From: an uncultured virus (IMG/VR IMGVR_UViG_3300031673_000002)
Taxonomy: Duplodnaviria; Heunggongvirae; Uroviricota; Caudoviricetes
Length of the DNA: 64,000 nt
IMG/VR virus record: IMGVR_UViG_3300031673_000002
Direction: 5' to 3' (one strand)
Shown here: positions 34,453-41,776 of the stretch, piece by piece
Layout of the letters: each line of letters begins with the position of its first letter
Position numbering within the stretch: position 1 is the first letter of the stretch
Notes under the pieces: generated by a model
Databases searched by the model: none
What the model was told of the DNA's origin: nothing
What the model saw: the letters and a program-made list of their open reading frames with translations, nothing else
Program-made: the position numbers and the translations under genes

Positions 34453-35246
34453 CAGCCCACCCCGACGGCGAGCGGGAACCCGGACTTGCGGGCCACGTCG
34501 ACGAGACGAGCACCATCAACACCATCAGGAACGACCGCTTCGTACAGGAGAAACCCACCAAACATAGACTTTACTGCCGCCAGGTAAGCGAAGTTTTGAT
34601 ACAGAGAGTCGGCGTCTAGGAAGCCGCCGTGGATGACGAGCAGATCGGTAGTCGATCCAGTTCCCTCCATGAACCTCGTCAAAGTCTCGGGGCTCATCAG
34701 AGCTACCAGGCTCATCCGCCGGAAGACAGGGAGTCGATGCTCCGGACCATCACCAAGGCCCGACCATACGTCACGAATGAAGGCAGCGGATCCTTGTTCC
34801 ACCTTGTCAGAGGAGTTGCCTACGAGGACAAGCGACTTAGAGCCGCCAGAGGACGCGACCCACCACGGGTGTCTTGAGATCGAGTCCCAGGTTTCAGAGA
34901 GCCATCGCGTAGGTGCTTTCTTCTCGGTGCGGGGCACAGCATCCACCTTGAGGCCCGCTTTGCGTAGCTTTGTGGCGAGCCCGCCCACGTCGTCTGTCTT
35001 CACCATCGTTTCTGCGGTAAGGTCGAACAGACGGACGAGGACTCGATCTAGGACCGCCTTCTCCAAGTGGTCTCGGTCCCAACCAGCAGCTAGTAGCAAG
35101 GCACGTAAGTGAGCTTTCGTACCAGGACGGGGGAAACGCCCCGACAGCATCGTCTCGCTCATTGTGCGCGGCGGACCAGACCATTCCTGTCTTGGCAACC
35201 AAGAACGCGGAAGGGGTAGAGTTGGTGCTTTCTTCCGTCTGGCCAT
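34452..35246 (-). CDS. Putative degenerate DnaC/IstB-like helicase loader
   Basis: Translationally coupled to dnaB. SLVLVGNSSDKV and TDLLVIHGG sit at Walker A/B-like positions but lack GKT and DD. Confidence 0.4.
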   Translation of the reverse strand: MARRKKAPTLPLPRSWLPRQEWSGPPRTMSETMLSGRFPRPGTKAHLRALLLAAGWDRDHLEKAVLDRVLVRLFDLTAETMVKTDDVGGLATKLRKAGLKVDAVPRTEKKAPTRWLSETWDSISRHPWWVASSGGSKSLVLVGNSSDKVEQGSAAFIRDVWSGLGDGPEHRLPVFRRMSLVALMSPETLTRFMEGTGSTTDLLVIHGGFLDADSLYQNFAYLAAVKSMFGGFLLYEAVVPDGVDGARLVDVARKSGFPLAVGVG

Positions 35247-35350
35247 GTCTCTGGGTACCACGCGCCTCGCGATGTCGGAAGAGGTGACGGCACCCCGTCA
35301 CTCAGATACACACCCTTGCTTGTAAGAGACGTTCATCGCAGGAGTCCCGA

Positions 35351-36472
35351 GTGAAACTGACCATCGTTTTGAGGAAGCATGATGCCGAGGGGCTTGGTGG
35401 CGAGATCCTCGAAGGGCTCGGCATGAAGCGATCTTCCGCTGAGCCTCAGGTCTTCGCCGCGTTCTACCTGGCTCCGGATATCCCGGGCGGCATTGCTCCT
35501 GTGGACATGGATGACTCGATGTTCGCCATCCGTGCCATGGAAGCTCTGATGGACCAAGGCATTCGTCCTGTGCGCGTCTTCCAGAAGACGAATTCCCCCG
35601 CCGGGCTGACTCCTGTGTTCGGAAGTGCCGGGATCGAGTCCGACAGCTACTCGGTCGATGATGCCTTGGCTGACATGGGCATCGCGTCAGAGATCACCGT
35701 TGACCAGGCTCTCGCCGAGGCCGGGTTCGATGTCGAGGCCGCTGCGAAGCTCACCGAGGCCGACCTCGTCCTCAGAGGAGGCGACGTCTGCAAATGGTGC
35801 GGCGCCAAGGCGAAGCAGGTCGCGTCCATGACCGACGGCCACACCATCATGCGCGTCGAGAAGCTCTGCGACAAGTGCTCCCGCAAGGGCGACTACAGCC
35901 GTGGCGGATGGGTGCTGAAGCGCGACCTCAACGCCAAGGCAGTGAAGGCCGCCAGCAAGTTGTCTGCCGGTTACACACATTACTGGAACCAGAAGCGCGA
36001 CTTCACCGACCAGGAGTGGAAGAAGATCCTTCTCCGCGCGAAGAGCATCATCAAGAAGGCAACTGAGCAAGGCATCGCTCTGGCCAGCGGCGATGGAAAC
36101 GGAAAGCCGGAACTCACCCCTGAGTACATCTCGCTCAACGGCGCAGGCGATGAGTCGTACGAGAGCTTCTCTCTCGGCAAGAAGTTGCACGACGAGTTCA
36201 ACTTCACCAAGACAAATGAGAGGCCCTACGACCCTGTCGTCGTCAGCCTCTTGGCGATGATCAAGAAGGTGGCGAAGGACGCCGTCGACATTTCCAGCGA
36301 TGGCGAGGACGGCGTGTTCCGAAACCCACCCATCACAGCGGGAGTCTCTTCCGTCAAAGCCGAAGGCCCGACCGTCGACGACGCGCTCGAATCGCTCGGC
36401 TTCACTGCCGACGACCTGCTCAGCGACGCCGGGTTCCGCAAATCGACGGAGCGGGCTTCTCCAGGTGGTTGA
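35351..36472 (+). CDS. Modular protein: repeated VDDAL..G helices, zinc finger and GYTHYW..KT..PYD..SSDG domain
   Basis: CKWC..CDKC; GYTHYWNQ..FNFTKTNERPYD..ISSDG; AGGAG upstream of GTG. Confidence 0.75.
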   Translation: MKLTIVLRKHDAEGLGGEILEGLGMKRSSAEPQVFAAFYLAPDIPGGIAPVDMDDSMFAIRAMEALMDQGIRPVRVFQKTNSPAGLTPVFGSAGIESDSYSVDDALADMGIASEITVDQALAEAGFDVEAAAKLTEADLVLRGGDVCKWCGAKAKQVASMTDGHTIMRVEKLCDKCSRKGDYSRGGWVLKRDLNAKAVKAASKLSAGYTHYWNQKRDFTDQEWKKILLRAKSIIKKATEQGIALASGDGNGKPELTPEYISLNGAGDESYESFSLGKKLHDEFNFTKTNERPYDPVVVSLLAMIKKVAKDAVDISSDGEDGVFRNPPITAGVSSVKAEGPTVDDALESLGFTADDLLSDAGFRKSTERASPGG

Positions 36473-36603
36473 AGATCGCCACTGGCAAGGACCGGGCGGC
36501 GTGGCTCTCATGGGTATCGTGATGGCATACGAAAACGCCGGAAGCGGACGTTGGCTGCCGGTTCCCGCTTTCGCTGAGGCTCGCGCTCGCGTACAACGGT
36601 TGC

Positions 36604-36966
36604 ATGACGACGCTGGCAGACCAAATCGACGTGATCGCCGAACTCTTCTTTCGTGCTTGGCGGCTATGGAGAATTGACGCAGGTTGGTCTCTCGGACCCG
36701 ACCGCCCAGACATCCAGATGAGCCCTCACCTCGTCGATACTTGGGACATGCTCACGCCTGATGGCAAGAGTTGGTTTCGACAACACGCGGCTCTCGTCAT
36801 CTACGCGGCTGGACCGCACTCCACTGTGCAGGATGACGTAGTCCCCGCTCCTGACGGCGTGACAGAGCTTCTCGAAGGCGTGCTCGCCGCTCTCCGGCAA
36901 AACCATACGAAGACCGCTAAGACGCGGGCTGAGGATGCGCTGCGCCTACTCAAGCCAGAGGGCTGA
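36604..36966 (+). CDS. RyR-domain-like protein
   Basis: WRLWRIDAGWSLGPDRPDIQMSPHLVDTWDMLTPDGK resembles the RyR consensus W...GWxYGxxRD..HPxLVPYxxL..EK. Confidence 0.6.
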   Translation: MTTLADQIDVIAELFFRAWRLWRIDAGWSLGPDRPDIQMSPHLVDTWDMLTPDGKSWFRQHAALVIYAAGPHSTVQDDVVPAPDGVTELLEGVLAALRQNHTKTAKTRAEDALRLLKPEG

Positions 36967-36967
36967 G

Positions 36968-37291
36968 GTGGCTGTCGCACGCGACTCGACGTGCCCGACG
37001 TGCGGTGTCGTCTACGATGACATGAGGACGGGCCTCACCTACTCGTGCATCTACTCGATGCTCTGGTCTGCGAACCCAGACCAGAGTCAGTGGCGCTACA
37101 AGCGAAGGCACACCGTGCTCGGGCTCTGGCATCAGATCAAGCGCGAGCAGTGGTACAACCACCTCGACTGGTGCGAGGAGCTAAAGGAAAACCAAGAGGA
37201 GAGGGAAGCCATCACCGCAGCGGACTTGTTGCCCGACGAGGCAAGCGAAGTTCCCCAGTACGACTGGTACGAGTACGATGACCCCGTCTGA
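36968..37291 (+). CDS. Hypothetical protein with CxxC N-terminus
   Basis: TCPTCG..YKRRHTVLGLWHQIK; acidic tail. Confidence 0.6.
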   Translation: MAVARDSTCPTCGVVYDDMRTGLTYSCIYSMLWSANPDQSQWRYKRRHTVLGLWHQIKREQWYNHLDWCEELKENQEEREAITAADLLPDEASEVPQYDWYEYDDPV

Positions 37292-37357
37292 ATGTACTGC
37301 GTGGTAGTACCCGCTTGGTTCCACTAGGAAAGACCATGCCATCCACCATTCTGAAGT

Positions 37358-37528
37358 ATGACCTACGACGACGGTTACGAAGACCTTCCACAAGTACAGG
37401 AGCACGAACACGTCCGTGTTCAATGCTCTACCTGCCTGGGGATGGGCGTGCTACCACTGGACGCACACCTCATCGTCCAGTGCGACGTTTGCGGCGGTCA
37501 GGGGGAAACTGATGGGCGACGCACCTGA
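37358..37528 (+). CDS. 56-aa DnaJ-type zinc-finger protein (below the ORF-track cutoff)
   Basis: Hand translation: MTYDDGYEDLPQVQEHEHVRVQCSTCLGMGVLPLDAHLIVQCDVCGGQGETDGRRT. Confidence 0.7.
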   Translation: MTYDDGYEDLPQVQEHEHVRVQCSTCLGMGVLPLDAHLIVQCDVCGGQGETDGRRT

Positions 37529-37838
37529 GAAACCCGTGAAGGACAAGACGGGTGAGCGGCGGGTCCGAGGTCCGAAGATCCCTGACCCGCAGCCGTTCAC
37601 TGTGATCCGCAACGCAGATGAGACGGGTGTCTCTGGGACGGGTCCGGTCGCGGACGGCATCGTCTTTCCGTCAGGCCGCTGCTCCGTCGAGTGGCGAGGA
37701 GCTACCCCCTGCGTTCAGGTGTGGCCGAGCTTCGACGCCTTCAAGGCGATCCACATCGACACCCACCCAGACAACTTGACTGAGGTCAAGTGGCTCCTGG
37801 GCGGTGAAGATGTTGACGAGGATGTGGCTGAAGACTAG
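37512..37838 (+). CDS. Conserved phage protein of the DxxGVSGTG family
   Basis: FTVIRNADETGVSGTGPVADGIVFPSG..W..IH motif; ATG at 37512 with AGGGGG. Confidence 0.75.
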   Translation: MGDAPEKPVKDKTGERRVRGPKIPDPQPFTVIRNADETGVSGTGPVADGIVFPSGRCSVEWRGATPCVQVWPSFDAFKAIHIDTHPDNLTEVKWLLGGEDVDEDVAED

Positions 37839-38229
37839 CTAGTCGCTGTCGTCGTCACCGATGCGCCGCTCTTCGTTATCGCCGGGGGACGACGATGACA
37901 GCATATAGGCGCCCCCGGCAGCGACGGGGATAGGCTCTACTTCGATGAGGGTCCGGCGGCTCTCGCGCTCTGTCGAGTTGTCCACCATCGTAAACCGGAC
38001 CACGAGACGGGTGCTGTATTGCACGTGGGTGTCCTCCTTCGTCCATCAGATCAGAACCCCTTCGGCCACACGCTGGCTGCCTTGTGCTCCTTGAGGGCCG
38101 CTACGATGAGCCGTTCGGCTTCCTCGTGACCGCACCCGGTCTCCTTCGCCGCCTGCAATACCGCCAGGTAGAGGACGTCATGATTGACAGTCATCTGGAC
38201 CATGGCGCGGGTGAACGCGAGCAGAAGGT

Positions 38230-38505
38230 CTATCGGAAGGGCCTCGGGGCCGGCTTTCCCAGCCGGATCATGTCTTGCCGGGTGCTGTTCATCGACGAGC
38301 AGCATCCCGCCCCGATCGCTAGGCCCTCGACGAGCAGGGAGCGCGGTTTCCCCTCCGCGTTTTGTACTTCTTGACACCAGTACCTCCCTGCGTCGTCGTC
38401 GTAGATGAGTGATGGGCATGGGGCCTGTGGCCCGTGGAGCTTGAGCCCGAGGGAACAAGGCGCCTTAGAGCAACAGTAGCCGGACCCCACGCACGTCATC
38501 GTCAC
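38230..38505 (-). CDS. CxxCxxCC-like Cys-cluster (Zn/Fe) protein
   Basis: CVGSGYCC..PC..CPSL..WC..GAGCC. Confidence 0.7.
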   Translation of the reverse strand: MTMTCVGSGYCCSKAPCSLGLKLHGPQAPCPSLIYDDDAGRYWCQEVQNAEGKPRSLLVEGLAIGAGCCSSMNSTRQDMIRLGKPAPRPFR

Positions 38506-38948
38506 TTCGCTGGGTAGTAGCGGGTACCCCGCGCCTGCCCTTCGTATGCGATCTTGCTGTCATCGAACAGGCGGGCGAGCGGGGTCTGGAGTTCCTTCGT
38601 CGGAATGCCGAGCAGGTCCCGCAACCCCTCCGCGTTGAGTCCCGGCTCCTTCACGATGGCTTCGAGCACCTTCTTGGCGACGGAGGCGATCTGCTCTGGC
38701 GTCCGCTTCTGCCCCTTCTTGCGCATCTTCACGGTTGCCGACTTCGCGCTCTTGGACCCGTTGGCCTTGACGCCCTTGGCCTTGACGCCCTTGACCTTGA
38801 TGCTCTTGACCTTGATGCTCTTGCTCATCACGTCGGACACGATCGTCGACAGCTTTGTCTGGACGGTTTCCTGCACCTCCTGCATGAAGATGTTGGTCAG
38901 GTCCGACTTGAACTGCTCGATCAGGTTGTCCATCTGGTTGTTAGTCAT
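38502..38948 (-). CDS. Histone-like DNA-binding protein (helical N-terminus, Lys-rich linker, winged helix)
   Basis: ATG at 38948 with GGAGA; KGQKRTPEQI..EPGLNAEGL..LGIPTKELQTPLARL..EGQARGTRYY. Confidence 0.75.
   Translation of the reverse strand: MTNNQMDNLIEQFKSDLTNIFMQEVQETVQTKLSTIVSDVMSKSIKVKSIKVKGVKAKGVKANGSKSAKSATVKMRKKGQKRTPEQIASVAKKVLEAIVKEPGLNAEGLRDLLGIPTKELQTPLARLFDDSKIAYEGQARGTRYYPAK
38761..38820. repeat. Four 15-bp tandem units (2 x ttggccttgacgccc, 2 x ttgaccttgatgctc)
   Basis: Encodes KSIKVKSIKVKGVKAKGVKA in the histone-like linker. Confidence 0.9.
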
Positions 38949-39201
38949 CGTCTCTCCGTGCCCTATGGGGCTGTTATGGTGCCTCTCGGCGGTTAGGTAT
39001 CTTCTCGGTAGATGCGGTTCCAGGCACCGCTGGCCTTGTCGCTCTCGACCTGCTCGATGAGAACTCGCTCTGCACTCGGGTCTTCCCACTCGTGTTCCGA
39101 CCAAGCCTCATTCATCTCAGCTTGTTTTATCTCATCTTCCGTATGGGGGCAACCATCTTTGGTAGTTGGACTCAGGCAGATGACTAGGTCCCTCCTGGAA
39201 G

Positions 39202-39474
39202 TCACGAACGAAGGAAAAGCTCGCCCGGCGCCCAATACCTGTCGGACGCTGGTGGGTAGGCGACCGGAACCAGGCGACCATCGCGCAGCGCCTGGGCGTA
39301 GTAGGGTGCGTGCTCGTTTTCGACACTGTCGAAGTGGCTGGCGATCTCGCCCGCAAGGTCTGCCCGGTGGACCATCCCGGTGATCGGTCTGTCTGTCCGC
39401 GCGAGGCGGAGAGCTTGGTATTCGGCAGGGAGGTGGTCCCGGTAGTATCCGGGGGGTGGGATAGGATGGGTCAT
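39202..39474 (-). CDS. Early hypothetical protein
   Basis: ATG at 39474 with GGAGG; first gene after the leftward promoter. Confidence 0.65.
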   Translation of the reverse strand: MTHPIPPPGYYRDHLPAEYQALRLARTDRPITGMVHRADLAGEIASHFDSVENEHAPYYAQALRDGRLVPVAYPPASDRYWAPGELFLRS

Positions 39475-39518
39475 CTCTGCGCCTCCTAGGGATGTTGATT
39501 GCCGTTCCTGGCAACAAC

Positions 39519-39546
39519 ACTGTAAACCTCTCCAGCCTGCCGTCAA
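39519..39546 (-). promoter_or_regulatory. Leftward sigma70-type promoter
   Basis: TTGACG-N16-TACAGT on the minus strand, 44 nt upstream of ATG 39474. Confidence 0.65.
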
Positions 39547-39612
39547 TAGGAGAAAGTTCGTTAAGGCTAAGTACCCGGATCTTAACAGGAAACTATAGCC
39601 GTAAAGAGCCTG

Positions 39613-39641
39613 TTTACAGGCAGGGGTGCGGTGTGTATGCT
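39613..39641 (+). promoter_or_regulatory. Rightward sigma70-type promoter
   Basis: TTTACA-N17-TATGCT followed by AGGAGG and ATG 39668. Confidence 0.65.
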
Positions 39642-39667
39642 CTGTCTTCATTGATACAGGAGGGAAC

Positions 39668-39736
39668 ATGTCAGATTGGAACCCGGCCCACTACGACTGT
39701 ACCGTACTTGCCCTGACCAACCCCATCTTCCGCTGA
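39668..39736 (+). CDS. 22-aa small ORF MSDWNPAHYDCTVLALTNPIFR
   Basis: Strong SD (CAGGAGGG-aac-ATG) directly after the rightward promoter. Confidence 0.5.
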   Translation: MSDWNPAHYDCTVLALTNPIFR

Positions 39737-39854
39737 GGCCGGTCTCATGACTACCTCAAAGCCTCCCAGGTCGCTTGTAAGCGGCGGGGATGCCAGCAGC
39801 CCTGTACGGGTTGCCAAGGCAGACCGCACCCCTCACAAGGGATCTCAGGGGGGG

Positions 39855-40277
39855 ATGATGGAACCACGAAGAGGCTTGGTCCTGCACCTAGACCCAGATG
39901 TTCTGGAGAACGCTGGGGCTGTGTCTAAGCTCTACCGGCTGTCGTGTCGTGTTTTAGGCTGGCACTGGTTTGTTTGCCTGCTGGTCGATGACAGCGGCTA
40001 TTCGGTGTGGGCGCCCCTGTTCAGCCGCACGGCGGGGTCTCGATACGAGGTCCCCACCGGAGCGAAGCGCGGTCACCCCAACTGGCGTCAGGCCGCCACG
40101 TTCGTCGACCCTGACCAGCTTTGGATCTGCTCTCAGGAACAGGTCAATGACGCTGCCACCGATGACCCGCGCGGATTCCAAAACAGCCTCGACACGAAAG
40201 TCCTAGACAAGAGAACCAACGCGCGCGCTACCGTGGCGCTTCGCTCCTACCTACGAGCAAAGGAAAAACAGCAGTGA
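39855..40277 (+). CDS. Putative PemK/MazF-fold protein
   Basis: HWFVCLLVD..WAPLFS..TFVDPDQLWI follows the PemK layout (RPxLV..VPLTS..SxVxxDQI); AGGGGG upstream. Confidence 0.45.
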   Translation: MMEPRRGLVLHLDPDVLENAGAVSKLYRLSCRVLGWHWFVCLLVDDSGYSVWAPLFSRTAGSRYEVPTGAKRGHPNWRQAATFVDPDQLWICSQEQVNDAATDDPRGFQNSLDTKVLDKRTNARATVALRSYLRAKEKQQ

Positions 40278-40480
40278 CCAGAAAAGAAGCCCCCTCACAC
40301 TCCTTCATGATCGACGCTTTCGCCGAGACACTGAACACCGGGAAGCCCGTGTACGCCTGGTGCCAGGCGAGCGCGGGCGGCTGGGTTTGGGACCACAATC
40401 CCCCGGAACACGGCACGGTCATAAGGATCGACCCGCCGCGCATTACGACTGAGCCTCAGGTGTCGGCGGTGCTGCCGTAG
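40274..40480 (+). CDS. Hypothetical protein
   Basis: GTGA overlap with the upstream stop; AAGGA upstream. Confidence 0.55.
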   Translation: MTRKEAPSHSFMIDAFAETLNTGKPVYAWCQASAGGWVWDHNPPEHGTVIRIDPPRITTEPQVSAVLP

Positions 40481-41169
40481 TACGATACCCGAGCGTCACT
40501 CGGGATGTTCGGAAAGTGCTCCTGCATCTCGTCTTCGAGATAATAGAGCTTGGTCTTCACGATGTTGCCATGAGGCTGAGTGGTCGGCTCCGGATCGGGG
40601 AGCATCTTCTTCAGGAGCGGCAGTAGGAACTTGTTGTACGCCTTTTGTGGCGCCGATCCCTTCGCGCTGTCGCTGAGCGACGGACTGCGCCACGCCTCCT
40701 GCACGCTGTCCATCATCTTGTCTAGGGCTTGGTTGAGCTTGCGCTCCTGGCCCTGCTCAACTCCCCAATCCTGTGACGTCGCTGTTGTCCTGCTCGTGTT
40801 CATTGGATGCGAGGGGAGCTTGGACACATCGATCCAGCCCTCATCATCTGCGCTCGCGTTCCGCTCCCGGTCGGAGAGGTCCGTGTAGAGGTGCTGACGC
40901 TCCTCCACGTAGTCCTCGAAGACGCTGTCATCCTCGTCTTCCGGGTCGAGTTCCTGATGGAGATCGTCAAGCTCGTCGAAATACTCGACGGGGTCGAGGT
41001 CGTCGAAGTCGTCCACAAGGGCCATGAGTGGCGTCTCTTCCAGCACCGATGCTGCTTCCTGACACCCAGGACAGGAGCAACCCTCGGCGTGGCCGCTCTT
41101 GCACTTCGAGCAGTGGCACTTGGCCCCGCAGTTCCCACGAACCTTGGAATACTTGGTCACTTCATCCAC
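40456..41169 (-). CDS. Protein with Cys/His-rich and acidic N-terminal leader (long version)
   Basis: MDEVTKYSKVRGNCGAKCHCSKCK shared with 41191-41760. Confidence 0.75.
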   Translation of the reverse strand: MDEVTKYSKVRGNCGAKCHCSKCKSGHAEGCSCPGCQEAASVLEETPLMALVDDFDDLDPVEYFDELDDLHQELDPEDEDDSVFEDYVEERQHLYTDLSDRERNASADDEGWIDVSKLPSHPMNTSRTTATSQDWGVEQGQERKLNQALDKMMDSVQEAWRSPSLSDSAKGSAPQKAYNKFLLPLLKKMLPDPEPTTQPHGNIVKTKLYYLEDEMQEHFPNIPSDARVSYYGSTADT

Positions 41170-41170
41170 C
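41097..41170. repeat. 74-bp perfect direct repeat, copy 1 (copy 2 at 41688-41761)
   Basis: Identical tcttgcacttcgag...cttcatccacc. Confidence 0.95.
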
Positions 41171-41190
41171 CATGCTTCAGTTTCTTTCGG

Positions 41191-41760
41191 TCACAGGTCT
41201 TTGACTGTGTTCCAAACTTTCTTGCCGAGCGCAATCTTCTGCTCGTGGCTACCGCGCTCGGCCACCTTCTCTAGGAGGCGACCCGTGCCGTTCCCCCCGC
41301 CCTTGCGGAAAAGTTCTGCTGCGTCCATCAGCTTCTTCGAGGTTTCCTTCTCATCCAGGCCAGAGCCAAAGAGGTCACCAAGCTCCTTGCTCACTCCCCA
41401 GAGGCTTGTTTGGTCTTCTCGTGAGAGCGCGCCGAAGGCGTCGTTTGGACTACTGTTCCCTGCGTGCTTGGTCTCCACGCACGCATCGGTATCTTCGTCG
41501 TAATGGTATCCGTCAGGGCAGATGCCATGCTCTTTGTGATACTCGTCGGGATCAAGGGCATCCGACCCCAAAGGGTCGTCGAGCGCGCTCAGCTTCTTCT
41601 TCGCTGCGCGAATGACGTCTCTCGCGTTCCGCTCCCGGTCGAAATACTCGACGGGATCGAGGTCGTCCACAAGGGCCATGAGTGGCGTCTTGCACTTCGA
41701 GCAGTGGCACTTGGCCCCGCAGTTCCCACGAACCTTGGAATACTTGGTCACTTCATCCAC
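41191..41760 (-). CDS. Protein with the same leader (short version) and an unrelated C-terminus
   Basis: Same first 24 aa, then TPLMALVDD-LDPVEYFD-RERNA; CPDGYHYDEDTDACV motif. Confidence 0.75.
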   Translation of the reverse strand: MDEVTKYSKVRGNCGAKCHCSKCKTPLMALVDDLDPVEYFDRERNARDVIRAAKKKLSALDDPLGSDALDPDEYHKEHGICPDGYHYDEDTDACVETKHAGNSSPNDAFGALSREDQTSLWGVSKELGDLFGSGLDEKETSKKLMDAAELFRKGGGNGTGRLLEKVAERGSHEQKIALGKKVWNTVKDL

Positions 41761-41761
41761 C
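41621..41761. repeat. Mosaic second copy of 40853-41170 (four shared blocks)
   Basis: Blocks of 74, 29, 30 (1 mismatch) and 21 bp match 41097-41170, 41008-41036, 40975-41004 and 40853-40873. Confidence 0.95.
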
Positions 41762-41776
41762 TATCAAGTTATTCAG

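Noticed and set aside
38993..39200. Small minus-strand gene behind a strong AGGAGG at about 39191-39196
   Set aside because: No canonical start codon at proper spacing (only ATC/GTC), and the next in-frame ATG gives just 40 aa, so I cannot support a confident call.
40853..41761. Possible DGR template/variable repeat pair
   Set aside because: There is no reverse transcriptase in the window, the differences are indels rather than adenine-specific substitutions, and the repeats are at gene 5' ends.
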